A stretch of DNA of 64,000 nucleotides from an uncultured delta proteobacterium (GTDB taxonomy: Bacteria > Myxococcota_A > Polyangia > Polyangiales > JAFGIB01). Of this stretch, positions 18,610 to 29,747 are shown in pieces (the stretch's first letter is position 1; each line of letters begins with the position of its first letter). The position numbers were made by a program, and so were the translations under genes. The notes under the pieces are model-generated. The model had not been told where the DNA came from. It worked only from the letters and a program-made list of their open reading frames with translations, and made no database searches. The stretch covers positions 928,001 through 992,000 of the forward strand of contig CAVZVA010000010.1 in assembly GCA_963778655.1 (NCBI GenBank), in the 5' to 3' direction.

Positions 18610-18725
18610 ACGTGTGCCCTCTGTGCTCGCGGGCGCCCGGGATCGCGCCCGTTCCCGCCCGGACCCCGTTGTTACCACGCCCCCGCCCAGCATGCAGCGG
18701 GTTCAGCCTCGCCACTTCTGCACCG

Positions 18726-19352
18726 CTAGCGGACGTCCCAGACGTGCCACCTCCCGGCCTCCTTGCGCAGCAGCACCTGGCCGCCGCCGCTCAGGTGCAC
18801 GACCGCGTCGTTGCCGTGGACCTCGACCCGCAGGTCGAGCGGGTCGGCGCTCTGCTGCACGGTCTTCTCGAACGCCGCCACCCAGGCCGCGCGCCGCTCG
18901 CGCGCGAGCACGCGCAGCAGCGAGGGCATGCTCTGGCGCAGCAACGCGCGCCGCAGCTCGGCGACTGCGTCGAGCGGGGTGTCGAGCGCCTGGGCGTCGA
19001 GCACGCCGCCCGCCACGTGCCAGTGCCCCTGCTCCAGCAGCAGCACCACGCGCTCGCCGTCCTCGAGCTCGAGCTCCGCGCGTGCAGGCGTGGTGGTGCC
19101 GGCGCGCTCCAGCTGTGTGCCCAGCTCGACCAGCTCGGCGCGGTTCTCGCGCCACAGCCTTCCGAAGCGCGCGCGGTCGAGCGTGGCGCGCAGCTCCGGG
19201 TCGAGCAGGGCGTAGGCGGCGTCGGGCTTGTCCTCGCGCAAGGCCGCCGCAAAGCGCCGCGCGCTCAGGGCCGGGTCGGGCACGCGCGCGGGCGCGGTGG
19301 ACGCGCACCCGAGCAAGCCAACCGCCACGCAGACCGCAAAGCCCCGGCTCAT
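18726..19352 (-). CDS. hypothetical lipoprotein
   Basis: Lipobox LLGC after ATG 19352; two internally similar halves. Confidence 0.75.
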   Translation of the reverse strand: MSRGFAVCVAVGLLGCASTAPARVPDPALSARRFAAALREDKPDAAYALLDPELRATLDRARFGRLWRENRAELVELGTQLERAGTTTPARAELELEDGERVVLLLEQGHWHVAGGVLDAQALDTPLDAVAELRRALLRQSMPSLLRVLARERRAAWVAAFEKTVQQSADPLDLRVEVHGNDAVVHLSGGGQVLLRKEAGRWHVWDVR

Positions 19353-19506
19353 CGCCGGCAGTCTACACCGCGCGGGCTGGCGGCCGTCCCTGATCGCCAA
19401 GCCTGCGATGGAGCCGCCAGGTTGCGGAGGATTCCGGGCGGGGGCGGGCGAATGGACTGTACCCGCAGCGGAGCGGCGGGCAGCGCGCGCGCAGCGAGGA
19501 CTGGCT

Positions 19507-20952
19507 CTATCTGAGCTGGTGCAGGCTGAGCGTGCCGACGTACAGGAAGCCCACCATGAACAGCACCAGGAACGGGATGCTGACCCAAGAGCCGGTCACG
19601 ATCGCGAGCAGGATCGTGCCCACGATATAGAAGCCGAAACCGAGCTCGATGTAGGTGCCGAGATTGGCGGCCGCCGCACGGTACTTCTTGCCCGACCAGC
19701 CGTCCTTGCGGTCGCGCACCCCGTGCTTGGGGGTGCGCACGAAGTCCGAATCGATGCCGAGCAGGCCCTCGAGCACCGCGCGCGCGTTGTTGATCGACAG
19801 CCCGATGCTGACCGCCATCATCACCGGCAGCCGCTTGATCGCGTCGCGCAGCGTGCCGTAGAGCGCCTTGTGCGTGGTCAGGTAGAAGATGATGATCGAC
19901 ACGCAGGTCGAGAAGAACAGCGGCACGTCGAGCAGCAGCAGCTCCGGGTTGTGCATGCGCTCGCGCATCAGCAGGTTCGGCAGCTGCAGCGCCGCCAGGA
20001 TCACCAGGAACAGATAGGCGAAGTTGTTGGTCAGGTGGAACACGCACTCGACCTTGACCTTGAGGGGCAGGTCGGCCTTGAGCACGGTCCACAGCAGCTT
20101 CTTGGTGGTCTGCGCCGAGCCCTTGGCCCAGCGGAACTGCTGGCCCTTGAAGCTGTTCATCTCGCACGGCACCTCGGCCGGGGCGAGCGCGGTCGGCACG
20201 TACACGAAGCGCCAGCCGCGCAGCTGGGCGCGGAAGCTCAGGTCCATGTCCTCGGTCAGGGTGTCGTGTTGCCAGCCGCCGGCGTCGATGATGGTCGAGC
20301 GGCGCCAGATGCCCGCGGTGCCGTTGAAGTTGAAGAAGCGGCCCGAGCGGTTGCGCGCGATGTGCTCGACCACGAAATGGCCGTCGAGCATCATCGACTG
20401 CACGCGCGTCAGCAGCGAGTAGTCGCGGTTGAGGTGGCCCCAGCGCGCCTGCACCATGCCCACCTTGGGGTCGGTGAAGTGGTGGATCAGGTCGGTGACG
20501 ATGCTGGGCGTGGGCACAAAGTCCGCGTCGAACACCAGCACGTAGTCGCCCTTGGCGTCGCGCAGCCCTTCTTCGAGCGCGCCGGCCTTGAAGCCCTCGC
20601 GGTTGTCGCGGTGACGGAAGCTCACGTCGTAGCCGCGCGCGCGCAGCTCGTCGGCCTTGGCGCGCGCGATCTCGGTGGTCTCGTCGGTGGAGTCGTCGAG
20701 CACCTGGATCTCGAGCCTGTCCCTGGGGTAGTCGATGCAGGCCACGCCCTCGAGCAGGCGCTCGGCCACGTACATCTCGTTGTACATGGGGAGCTGCACC
20801 GTTACGATCGGCAGCTCCAGCCAGTGCCGCGGGGGCTTGAGCGTCTCGTTGCGGTGACGCCAGTAGAGGTACAGCAGCAGCCCGCGGTGGAACCCGTACA
20901 GTCCCAGGATCGACAGCACCATCATGTAAAGGCAGATGACCGCTACTTCCAT
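19507..20952 (-). CDS. GT2 cellulose-synthase-like membrane glycosyltransferase
   Basis: QLPMYNE, DDS, KAG, FDADF, TED and QQFRW motifs; multiple TM segments. Confidence 0.93.
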   Translation of the reverse strand: MEVAVICLYMMVLSILGLYGFHRGLLLYLYWRHRNETLKPPRHWLELPIVTVQLPMYNEMYVAERLLEGVACIDYPRDRLEIQVLDDSTDETTEIARAKADELRARGYDVSFRHRDNREGFKAGALEEGLRDAKGDYVLVFDADFVPTPSIVTDLIHHFTDPKVGMVQARWGHLNRDYSLLTRVQSMMLDGHFVVEHIARNRSGRFFNFNGTAGIWRRSTIIDAGGWQHDTLTEDMDLSFRAQLRGWRFVYVPTALAPAEVPCEMNSFKGQQFRWAKGSAQTTKKLLWTVLKADLPLKVKVECVFHLTNNFAYLFLVILAALQLPNLLMRERMHNPELLLLDVPLFFSTCVSIIIFYLTTHKALYGTLRDAIKRLPVMMAVSIGLSINNARAVLEGLLGIDSDFVRTPKHGVRDRKDGWSGKKYRAAAANLGTYIELGFGFYIVGTILLAIVTGSWVSIPFLVLFMVGFLYVGTLSLHQLR

Positions 20953-21131
20953 GTCGTGCTTCGCTCCCTTATGGACCTCGCCCCTGAGGACGCGCGGAAG
21001 CTTAAGCGCGGTCGCGTCGCGCAATTGTCACCCAAATGTAATTTCTTGTACTGAAACGTAGTTAGATCAGCGGAATTGCAGGGGGTTTCGGCCACGTCCC
21101 CGCGGCCGCAGCGCCTGCCTTCCAGCCGAAT

Positions 21132-22571
21132 TCAGCCGTGGTTGCGGGCCTGTTGGGCCCCGGCCCGCAGCCCGGTGAGGGTGCGCTCGCGGCCGAGCAC
21201 CTCCATCACCTCGAACAGGCCCGGGCTGGCTTTGCGGCCGGTCAGCGCCACCCGCGCGGGCTGCGCCACGTCCTGCAGCTGCCAACCCTGGGTCTCGAGC
21301 CAGGCCTTGACCCGCGCCTCGAGCGCCTGGCGTTCGAAGGGGTCGGGCGCGGCCGCGAGCTCGCTGGCCAGCGCCTCGAGCTTGTCCGCGCTCGCGGCAG
21401 TGAGCAGCTTCTGGGCTGCGGCCTGGTCGAGCTCGGGCGGGTCGCGGAAGAAGTAGTCGACCGCCGCCGCGACCTCGACCAGCGTGGTCGAGCGCGCCAT
21501 CACCAGCTCGGCGGCCGCGGCCAGGCGCGGATCGGCCTGCTCCACCTGCAGCCCGCGCGCGCGGATCAACGGCAGCGCCAGCGCGCCGACCTCGGCCGGC
21601 GCGAGCTTGCGCAGGTGCGAGGCCTGCACGTAGTTGAGCTTCTTCTGATCCCAGCGCGCGCCGGTACGCCCCACGTGCGCGAAGTCGAACTTCTCGATCA
21701 GCTCCTGCCGCGTGAAGATCTCCTGATCGCCGTGTGACCAGCCCAGGCGCACCAGGTAGTTGAGCAACGCTTCGGGCAGGTAGCCTTGCTCGCGGTAGTC
21801 GAGCACGGCCACCGCGGCGTCGCGCTTGCTCAGCTTCTGTCCGCCCGGGCCGAGGATCATCGGCATGTGCGCGAATTGCGGCAGCGGCTCGCCCAGCGCC
21901 TGATACATCAGGACCTGCTGCGGCGTGTTGACCACGTGATCGTCGCCGCGCGCCACCAGCGTGATGCCCATGGTGATGTCGTCGACCACCGCGCCCAGGT
22001 TGTAGAGCGGGACGCCGTTGTTGCGCACGAGCACGGCGTCCTGCTGGCTCTCGCAGGGGAGCTCGAGCCGGCCTTTGATCAGGTCGTCCCAGCCGACCGT
22101 GCCGTGGTCGGGCACGCGCAGCCGCACCACGAAGGGCTTGTCCGGCTGGTCTTTGCGGGCGCGGCAGGTGCCCGGATAGCGGAAGCCCTGTTCGCTGCCG
22201 GTGCGCGCTTTGTGCGCCTCGCGCGCCTGCTGCAGCTCTTCGCTGGTGCAATAGCAGCGATAGGCCGCGCCCTTGGCGATCAGGCGCTCGGCGAAATCGC
22301 GGTACAGCGGCAGCCGCTGCATCTGGAAGTAGGGCCCGTGCGGGCCGCCCACCAGCGGGCCCTCGTCCCAGTCCAGGCCCAGCCAGCGCATCGACTCGAA
22401 CACCACCTGCACCGATTGCTCGGTGCTGCGCTCGCGGTCGGTGTCCTCGATGCGCAGCACGAAGGTGCCGCCCTGCTGCCGCGCCCACAGCCAGTTGTAG
22501 AGCGCGGTGCGCACGGTGCCGAGGTGCACCGCGCCGGTCGGCGAAGGCGCGAAGCGGACGCGAACGGTCAT
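21132..22571 (-). CDS. gltX: glutamate--tRNA ligase
   Basis: VRVRFAPSPTG.HLG, RIEDTD, RGDDH, KLSKR; full anticodon-binding domain. Confidence 0.96.
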   Translation of the reverse strand: MTVRVRFAPSPTGAVHLGTVRTALYNWLWARQQGGTFVLRIEDTDRERSTEQSVQVVFESMRWLGLDWDEGPLVGGPHGPYFQMQRLPLYRDFAERLIAKGAAYRCYCTSEELQQAREAHKARTGSEQGFRYPGTCRARKDQPDKPFVVRLRVPDHGTVGWDDLIKGRLELPCESQQDAVLVRNNGVPLYNLGAVVDDITMGITLVARGDDHVVNTPQQVLMYQALGEPLPQFAHMPMILGPGGQKLSKRDAAVAVLDYREQGYLPEALLNYLVRLGWSHGDQEIFTRQELIEKFDFAHVGRTGARWDQKKLNYVQASHLRKLAPAEVGALALPLIRARGLQVEQADPRLAAAAELVMARSTTLVEVAAAVDYFFRDPPELDQAAAQKLLTAASADKLEALASELAAAPDPFERQALEARVKAWLETQGWQLQDVAQPARVALTGRKASPGLFEVMEVLGRERTLTGLRAGAQQARNHG

Positions 22572-22667
22572 AGGCGCAAGGTGTACCGCCGGGCGCGGCC
22601 CTGTCCAGGGGCCGGGCCTGGGCCGGCGGCCGTGCGCCGGAGCCGTTCGGCCGCTAGGCTTGGGGGC

Positions 22668-23540
22668 ATGGAGTCGACGCAGCTCGCCATAGCCTCCTGC
22701 CACCTGCCCGAGGGCGTCGCGATTCAGCCCCGGCGCTTCGAGTGGAGGGAGCTGGCCTCGGTGCCCCAGTACTGGTTCGCGGGTAGCCCGCTGATCACGC
22801 ACATGGAGAACGCGTTCTCGATCCTGATCCCGCCCGGGGAGCGTTTCTTCATCCAGTCGGTCCGCAACTACGAGCACGCGGTGACCGACCCCGAGCAGAA
22901 GGCACTGGTGCGCGCGTTCGTGCAGCAGGAGGGCCAGCACATCCGCGCCCACAACGAGCTCAACCGCTCGCTGGGGCGCTTCGGCGTCGACGTCGAGCGC
23001 GAGGTCGCGCACGCGGAGCGGGCCATCGGCAGGCTGCAACGGCTGCCCAAGAAGATGCAGCTCGGGGCGACCGCGTTTCTCGAGCACCTGACCGCGATCT
23101 CGGCACGCCTGTTGTTCACCGAGCCGATGATCGCGGCCGCGATGCCACACGAGATGGTTCGCTTCTGGAGCTGGCACGCCGCCGAGGAGATCGAGCACAA
23201 GGCCGTCGCCTACGACGTGTTCAAGACCGTCGGCGGCGGCTATTTTCTGCGCGTCTTGTCCGCGCTGGCCGCCATGCTGCTGCTGGCCGGACCGTTCCGC
23301 AACAGCACGCGGCGCATGCTGCGCGACGACGGCAAGCGGGTCAGCAAGGCGCAGCGCCAGCGCACCCGCAGCATCCAGCGCAAGCTCGCCATCAAGCAGC
23401 TGAGCATGCTGCTCGCGTACTTCAAGCCCGGCTTCCACCCCTGGAAGCACGACGACCGACCCGAGCTCGCCAGGTGGTATTCGACGCCGGAGTTGAGCGC
23501 GGGCCCGAGCGAGGCGCCGGCCGTGCAGGCGCCGCCGTAG
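22668..23540 (+). CDS. predicted metal-dependent hydrolase
   Basis: [39 protein letters not shown]. Confidence 0.9.
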   Translation: MESTQLAIASCHLPEGVAIQPRRFEWRELASVPQYWFAGSPLITHMENAFSILIPPGERFFIQSVRNYEHAVTDPEQKALVRAFVQQEGQHIRAHNELNRSLGRFGVDVEREVAHAERAIGRLQRLPKKMQLGATAFLEHLTAISARLLFTEPMIAAAMPHEMVRFWSWHAAEEIEHKAVAYDVFKTVGGGYFLRVLSALAAMLLLAGPFRNSTRRMLRDDGKRVSKAQRQRTRSIQRKLAIKQLSMLLAYFKPGFHPWKHDDRPELARWYSTPELSAGPSEAPAVQAPP

Positions 23541-26082
23541 GGCGCCACGCCCTCAAATTGACGGGGTCGGCGAGCTCGAGCTCCAGCTTGGGCCCTCGCG
23601 GGTCGTCCATGGCGAAGAACCCTACGGACTCGGTGAGGTCCGGCGTGTCCTGCTCGCGGATCGAGCGCAGGTTGAAGCCCGCGATCGTGGCGCCTTGCGA
23701 CAACAGGCTCTTTATGCCCGTGGTCACGTCGACCACGGTCGGCAGCGCGCCGCTGACGGTCGCGGTTGCCGCGATCAGAGTGCAAGCCTGCGGATCGGTG
23801 TCGAAGTCGGACAAGCCGTCGCCCGCATAGGCGCAGAGGTAGAGGTTCATGTCGCCCCCCGTGCTCGGCGTCAGGTGCAGCCGCGCCGTCACCAGGTCGG
23901 CTGGGTCGCTGACCTGCGACACGTCGAACTCCATGATGAAGCGCTCGCGCCTGTAGTAGCTGAAGCGCTGGATCTTCTGCACGCTCGCCGCCAGCGGCGA
24001 GCCAATGCGTCGTGACCACTGGTTGACGTAGTAGTCGGCGTAGCTCGCATCCACCAGCTCGGGCGCGTCATGGCTCGAGGTCGGCGCCGTGCAGGTGCCG
24101 TCGGCTTGGCAGACCCCGCCGATACCGCAGGCCTGGCCCGTCAGGGGCGCATGCCCACAGCCGGCGAGCGCGTCGCAGCTGTCCGCCGTGCAGGCGTTGC
24201 CGTCGTCGCAGTCGCTGTCCTGCAGGCAGGCCACGCAGGTGCCTTCGACGCACGTGCCCGTCGCTCCATTGCAGGTCGTGGACAGGTCGCCTGCGGCGGC
24301 CGAGCCCAGCGCGCGGATGTCGTCGAGCGCGATCGTGACCTGGTCGGTGTAGCCAGCGGTGCGGGTCACTTCGACGTCGACGAGATGGGCTCCGGCGGCG
24401 ACGCTGCGCGACCCCGAGAGCGCGGCGAACTCGGTCGACGCGGCTGGGACCTCCCCGAAGTCGTGGCTGGCGACTTCCACGCCGTCGATCAGCAGGCGCA
24501 CCAGGCCGCCGCTCTGGTTCGCGTTGGTCCCGGTGCTCGACGAGGCGAACAGGCTGATGGTCAACGTGCCGGCGGCAGTGGTGATCGACTGTGTGATGCC
24601 ACCGCCGTAGTTGCTCGGTCCCCACGAGCCATCTTGGCCGACGTGGAGCTCGGCGGCCGGTGAGGCTGGGAGCTGGGCCCCGACCTGCGCCGTCGCCGCC
24701 GTCACCGTGGCGAGCGACTCGGGCAAGACGTACGGCTGGAAGGGCGTGAGGGAACCGCTGGCGAAATCCCCGTTCACGAGGTCGACGGGCGCAGCGCCGA
24801 TGGGTGCGTGCCCGCAGCCCGTGATCGGGTCGCAGCTGTCCGCGGTGCATTCCTGCGCGTCGTCGCAGCTCAGCGGCGTGCCGGCCACGCACATGCCGCC
24901 GGCGCAGGTCTCATTTCCGCTGCAGGCGTTGGCGTCCGAGCAGTCCTGGTCGGAGGCGCACTGCTCGCAGGCGTCCGGGATTCCGTTGCCGTCGTCGTCG
25001 ATCGAATCGTCGCCGCCGGGACACCGATCGATGCAATCGGGGGTGCCATCGCCGTCGGAGTCGGCGTCGCTGACGCCGCAGCCGCAGGCACCGGGGGCGA
25101 GCTTGCTCGGGTCGTTGGGGCAGCCGTCGAGGCAGTCGGGGGTGGCATCGCCGTCTGTGTCGGCGTCGCTGACGCCGCAGCCGCAGGCACCGGGGGTGAG
25201 CTTGCTCGGGTCGTTGGGGCAGCCGTCGAGGCAGTCGGGGGTGGCGTCGCCGTCTGTGTCGGCGTCGCTGACGCCACAGCCGCAGGCACCGGGCGCCCCC
25301 TTGGCGGCATCGTTCGGACAGCCGTCGACTCTATCGCACAGGCCGTCGCCGTCCTGGTCGGACACGCAACCGATGCACAGGCCGAAATCCGCGATGCAGC
25401 GCTCGCCGGCTCCGCACTGCGCGTCCTGCGTGCATCCGCTCAACGAAAGCTCGGCGAGCTCGCAGCTCGTCCCCGTGCACGCGTCGTTGCCGGGGCCGCC
25501 GTCGGCCGTGTTCGTGCCTGCGCCGCCGATCAGCGCATCGTCGCCGGCCTCGCCGTACAGCGTGTCGCCGCCTCCATCGCCGTAGATCACGTCATCGCCG
25601 TTTCCGCCCCAGATCGTGTCGGCATTGGCGCCGCCGTCGATCACGTCGTTGCCATCGTCGCCGTGGAGCTCATCGGAGCCGCCGTTGCCGTGGAGCGTGT
25701 CGTTGCCGTCGCCGCCGTAAATCGTGTCGGCTCCGCCTTCACCGAACAGCTGATCGTCACCCAGCTCGCCATAGATGACGTCATCGCCGTTGCCGCCCGC
25801 GATGTAGTCGTTGCCGCCGCCGCCCCAGATCGTGTCGTCGCCACCCTTGCCGAGGATGCAGTCGTTGCCCGGCGTACCGTGCAGCTCGTCGGCTTTGCCG
25901 GTCCCCACGATGACGTTGTAGCCGGCTGGACAGTCGCTCAGGCTGAGGGCCTGGCTCTGTGCTGCGACGGCGCGGTCATCCCCCTCGGACCCGGGACCGG
26001 TCCCGCACGCTGGCGCGAGCGCGAGCAGCGCCACCGAAATCGCCGGCCACCACCCCAGACCACGGCCTTGCCTTCGCGTCAT
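23422..26082 (-). CDS. secreted/lipoprotein with RTX Ca-binding repeats, thrombospondin-3-like repeats and Cys-rich repeats
   Basis: Signal ending APAC; GGxGxDx(L/I) nonapeptides; DxDGDxxPDCxDxCP repeats; CDDxNxCTxDSC repeats; 3' end overlaps the opposing gene. Confidence 0.88.
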   Translation of the reverse strand: MTRRQGRGLGWWPAISVALLALAPACGTGPGSEGDDRAVAAQSQALSLSDCPAGYNVIVGTGKADELHGTPGNDCILGKGGDDTIWGGGGNDYIAGGNGDDVIYGELGDDQLFGEGGADTIYGGDGNDTLHGNGGSDELHGDDGNDVIDGGANADTIWGGNGDDVIYGDGGGDTLYGEAGDDALIGGAGTNTADGGPGNDACTGTSCELAELSLSGCTQDAQCGAGERCIADFGLCIGCVSDQDGDGLCDRVDGCPNDAAKGAPGACGCGVSDADTDGDATPDCLDGCPNDPSKLTPGACGCGVSDADTDGDATPDCLDGCPNDPSKLAPGACGCGVSDADSDGDGTPDCIDRCPGGDDSIDDDGNGIPDACEQCASDQDCSDANACSGNETCAGGMCVAGTPLSCDDAQECTADSCDPITGCGHAPIGAAPVDLVNGDFASGSLTPFQPYVLPESLATVTAATAQVGAQLPASPAAELHVGQDGSWGPSNYGGGITQSITTAAGTLTISLFASSSTGTNANQSGGLVRLLIDGVEVASHDFGEVPAASTEFAALSGSRSVAAGAHLVDVEVTRTAGYTDQVTIALDDIRALGSAAAGDLSTTCNGATGTCVEGTCVACLQDSDCDDGNACTADSCDALAGCGHAPLTGQACGIGGVCQADGTCTAPTSSHDAPELVDASYADYYVNQWSRRIGSPLAASVQKIQRFSYYRRERFIMEFDVSQVSDPADLVTARLHLTPSTGGDMNLYLCAYAGDGLSDFDTDPQACTLIAATATVSGALPTVVDVTTGIKSLLSQGATIAGFNLRSIREQDTPDLTESVGFFAMDDPRGPKLELELADPVNLRAWRPTAAPARPAPRSGPRSTPASNTTWRARVGRRASRGGSRA
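25031..25327 (-). repeat. 99-bp intragenic tandem repeat x3
   Basis: GCCGCAGGCACCGGG recurs at 25081, 25180 and 25279; 33-aa unit [32 protein letters not shown]. Confidence 0.85.
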
Positions 26083-26350
26083 CGCTCCCCCCGCCGCGCA
26101 GCGCTCCCCCGGAACACCCGCCGTCATCGCGAGTGCGCGAGCATAGGGGATGGGCCAGCGACGCCGCGATGTATTCTTTCTACACCCGTGTGGGCCCGGC
26201 CGATCGCATCCGTCCGATCCTCAGGACACAGGCCGTCCCCCGCAACTGCCGACCCTGCCGGCCGCGGCGCGGCGCGGGGCGTTTGACATCGTGCTGCGAT
26301 CCTTACCAAATCCCCCTGGCCCGGCCAGGCGCCGGGCGGGCACGGTTGTC

Positions 26351-29300
26351 ATGGCATTGCACAAGTTGCTGATCGCAAATCGCGGCGAGGTCGCGATCCG
26401 GATCGCGCGCGCCGCGGCCGAGGCCGGGCTGGCGACGGTCGCGGTGTATTCCGAGGACGACGCGCGCTGTCTGCACGCGATGCGCGCGGACGAGGCGCGG
26501 GCGCTGCGCGGGCGCGGGGCGGCCGCGTACCTCGATAGCGAGCAGCTGCTGGCCGTGGCGCGCGAGAGCGGCTGCGATGCCGTGCACCCGGGCTATGGCT
26601 TTCTGAGCGAGAGCGCGGCCTTTTCGCGCGCCTGCGCGCAGGCCGGCCTCACCTTCGTGGGGCCGAGCGCCGAGCTGCTCGCGCTGCTCGGCGACAAGAC
26701 CCAGGCCCGGGCGCTGGCGCAGCGCTGCGGCGTGCCGGTGCTGCCCGGTACCGCGGGCCCGACCTCGCTTGCGCAGGCGCGCGCGTTCTTCGCGCAGCTC
26801 GCCGGCGCGCCGATGGTGATCAAGGCGGTGGCGGGCGGCGGCGGCCGCGGCATGCGCGTGGTCCAGGAAGGCGGGGAGATCGAGGCCGCGTTCGCGCGCT
26901 GCGAGTCGGAGGCCAAGGCCGCGTTCGGAGACGGAGCGCTCTACGTCGAGCGCCTGCTGCCGCGCGCGCGCCACATCGAGGTGCAGATCTGCGGCGACCT
27001 GCACGGCCAGGTCGCGCACCTGTGGGAGCGTGAGTGCAGCGTGCAGCGCCGCCACCAGAAGCTGATCGAGATCGCGCCCAGCCCGTGGCTGCCGCCCGGG
27101 CTGCGCGAGCGCATGCTGCAGGCGGCGCTGCGCATGGCGTCCGAGGTGCGCTACCACAGCCTGGGCACCTTCGAGCTGCTGGTCGACGCCGAGGCGCGCG
27201 GCGAGCAGGCGAGCTTCGTGTTCATCGAGTGCAACCCGCGGCTGCAGGTCGAGCACACCGTGACCGAGCAGGTGACGGGTGTGGACCTGGTGCGTGTGCA
27301 GCTCGCGCTGGCGGCCGGGCGCAGCCTGCAGGAGCTGGGCCTCGGCGCGCCGCCGCCGCTGCGCGGCTTTGCGCTGCAGGCGCGCGTCAACATGGAGAGC
27401 ATGCGCGAAGACGGCAGCGCGCGGCCCGCGGGCGGCACGCTGCAGGCGTTCGAGCTGCCGTCGGGGCCGGGCGTGCGCTGCGACAGCTTCGGCTACGCGG
27501 GCTATGCGACCAGCCCGAGCTTCGACTCGCTGCTGGCCAAGGTGATCGCGTACGGCTCGGACTTCGCCGCGGTGGTGCGGCGCGCCGAGCGCGCGCTGCG
27601 CGAGCTGCGCACCCCGGGCGTGGCGACCAACGCGGCGTTTCTGCGTGCGCTGCTCTTGCGGCCGGAGCTGCGCGCGGGCGGCGTGTACACCCGCTTCATC
27701 GACGAGCACGCCCGGGAGCTGGTCGCGGCCGCGGCGGCGCTCGGAGCGCCGAGCGCGCCGGGTGGGGCGGGCGATGCCGCTGCTGCGCCGGGACTGGCCG
27801 GCGCCAAGGTCGACAGCCGCGATCCGCTGGCGGTGCTGCAGCACGGCAAGAGCGGGCCCGCGCCAGCGGTCGCGCCGCAGGCCGCGGCGCCCGAGGGCAG
27901 CGACGCGGTGTGCGCGCCGATGCAAGGCACGATCGTGAGCGTGGAGGTGGCGGAGGGCCAGACCGTGCGCAAGGGTCAAGCGCTGCTGGTGATGGAAGCG
28001 ATGAAGATGGAGCACGTGATCGCGGCTGCGCAGAGCGGGATCGTGAAGGCGCTCGCGGTGGCCAAGGGCGACGCGGTGTACGAGGGCCACGCGCTCCTGT
28101 TCGTGGAGCCGGCCGCGGTCGAGGGCGAGCTGCGGCAGGCGCACGCGCAGCTCGACCTCGACGCGATCCGGCCCGACCTCGCGGAGGTGCTGGCGCGCCA
28201 CGCTTACGGCAGCGACGACAAGCGCCCCGACGCGGTGCAGAAGCGCCACGACAAGGGCCAGCGCACCGCGCGCGAGAACGTCGCCGACCTGTGCGACCCG
28301 GGCAGCTTCGTCGAGTACGGCGCGCTGGTGATCGCGGCGCAGCGCAGGCGCCGCCCGCTGCAGGAGCTGATCGAACGCACGCCGGCCGACGGGCTGGTGG
28401 GCGGCATCGGGCGCATCAACGGCGCGCTGTTCGGTGAGCAGGGCACGCAGTGCGCGGTGATGAGCTACGACTACACCGTGCTCGCCGGCACCCAGGGGCA
28501 CATGAACCATCGCAAGAAGGACCGGCTGTTCGAGCTGGCCGAGCGTATGCGTCTGCCCACGGTGCTGTTCACCGAGGGCGGCGGCGGCCGGCCCGGCGAC
28601 AGCGACGGCACCGGCGTGGCCGGACTGGACTGCCTGGCGTTCGCGTACTTCGCACAGCTCTCGGGGCTGGTGCCACTGGTCGGCATCGCGTCGGGGCGTT
28701 GCTTTGCGGGTAACGCGCTGCTGCTCGGCTGCTGCGACGTGGTGATCGCCACCGAGGGCTGCAACATCGGCATGGGCGGCCCGGCCATGATCGAGGGCGG
28801 AGGCCTGGGCGTGTTTCGGCCCGAGGAGGTCGGGCCGCTGCCGGTGCAGGTGGGCAATGGCGTGGTCGACATCGCGGTGCGTGACGAGGCCGAGGCCGTG
28901 GGCGTGGCCAAGCAGTACCTGTCGTACTTTCAGGGCACGCTCTCGGAGTGGCGCTGCCCCGATCAGCGCAAGCTGCGCGCATTGATCCCGGAAAACCGGC
29001 TGCGCGTGTACGACGTGCGCAGCGTGATCGAGACGCTTGCCGACGAGGGCTCGGTGCTGGAGCTGCGCCCGCAGTTCGGCCTGGGCATGGTCACGTCGCT
29101 CGTGCGCGTGGAGGGCCGGCCGCTCGGCGTGGTCGCCAACAACCCGGTGCATCTGGCCGGCGCGATCGACCGCGAGGGCGCGGACAAGGCCGCGCGCTTC
29201 ATGCAGCTGTGCGACGCGTTCGACTTGCCGATCCTGTTTCTGTGCGACACGCCCGGCATCATGGTCGGCCCCGAATCGGAGAAGACGGCGCTGGTGCGCC

Positions 29301-29722
29301 ACGCCTCGCGCATGTTCGTGGTCGCGGGCAGCGTGAGCGTGCCGATGTTCACGATCGTGCTGCGAAAGGGCTACGGCCTGGGCGCGCAGGGCATGGCCGG
29401 GGGCAGCTTCAAGGTGCCGGCGTTCGTGGTGAGCTGGCCGACAGGAGAGTTCGGCGGCATGGGGCTCGAGGGCGCGGTCAAGCTGGGCTTTCGCAAGGAG
29501 CTGGCGGCGATCGCCGACCCGGAGCAGCGCAAGGACACCTTCGACAAGATGGTCGCGGCCGCTTACCAGCACGGCAAGGCCGCCAACATGGCCTCGCACT
29601 TCGAGATCGACGCGGTGATCGACCCGCTGGAGTCGCGCGCCTGGATCCTGAGCGCGCTGCGCTCGGCACCGCCGCCGCCAGCGCGCAGCGGCAAGAAGCG
29701 CCCCTGCGTCGACACCTGGTGA
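26351..29722 (+). CDS. single-chain acyl-CoA carboxylase (biotin carboxylase-BCCP-carboxyltransferase)
   Basis: LLIANRGE, HPGYGFLSE, NPRLQVEH, EAMKM biotin site, EGGGGRPGD and DTPG.MVG CT motifs. Confidence 0.95.
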   Translation: MALHKLLIANRGEVAIRIARAAAEAGLATVAVYSEDDARCLHAMRADEARALRGRGAAAYLDSEQLLAVARESGCDAVHPGYGFLSESAAFSRACAQAGLTFVGPSAELLALLGDKTQARALAQRCGVPVLPGTAGPTSLAQARAFFAQLAGAPMVIKAVAGGGGRGMRVVQEGGEIEAAFARCESEAKAAFGDGALYVERLLPRARHIEVQICGDLHGQVAHLWERECSVQRRHQKLIEIAPSPWLPPGLRERMLQAALRMASEVRYHSLGTFELLVDAEARGEQASFVFIECNPRLQVEHTVTEQVTGVDLVRVQLALAAGRSLQELGLGAPPPLRGFALQARVNMESMREDGSARPAGGTLQAFELPSGPGVRCDSFGYAGYATSPSFDSLLAKVIAYGSDFAAVVRRAERALRELRTPGVATNAAFLRALLLRPELRAGGVYTRFIDEHARELVAAAAALGAPSAPGGAGDAAAAPGLAGAKVDSRDPLAVLQHGKSGPAPAVAPQAAAPEGSDAVCAPMQGTIVSVEVAEGQTVRKGQALLVMEAMKMEHVIAAAQSGIVKALAVAKGDAVYEGHALLFVEPAAVEGELRQAHAQLDLDAIRPDLAEVLARHAYGSDDKRPDAVQKRHDKGQRTARENVADLCDPGSFVEYGALVIAAQRRRRPLQELIERTPADGLVGGIGRINGALFGEQGTQCAVMSYDYTVLAGTQGHMNHRKKDRLFELAERMRLPTVLFTEGGGGRPGDSDGTGVAGLDCLAFAYFAQLSGLVPLVGIASGRCFAGNALLLGCCDVVIATEGCNIGMGGPAMIEGGGLGVFRPEEVGPLPVQVGNGVVDIAVRDEAEAVGVAKQYLSYFQGTLSEWRCPDQRKLRALIPENRLRVYDVRSVIETLADEGSVLELRPQFGLGMVTSLVRVEGRPLGVVANNPVHLAGAIDREGADKAARFMQLCDAFDLPILFLCDTPGIMVGPESEKTALVRHASRMFVVAGSVSVPMFTIVLRKGYGLGAQGMAGGSFKVPAFVVSWPTGEFGGMGLEGAVKLGFRKELAAIADPEQRKDTFDKMVAAAYQHGKAANMASHFEIDAVIDPLESRAWILSALRSAPPPPARSGKKRPCVDTW

Positions 29723-29747
29723 GCCTCTGCTCCTGGAGACCTGGAAA

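Noticed and set aside
26351..29722. BC-BCCP-CT triple fusion as a novelty
   Set aside because: Single-chain acyl-CoA carboxylases with this order are an established family
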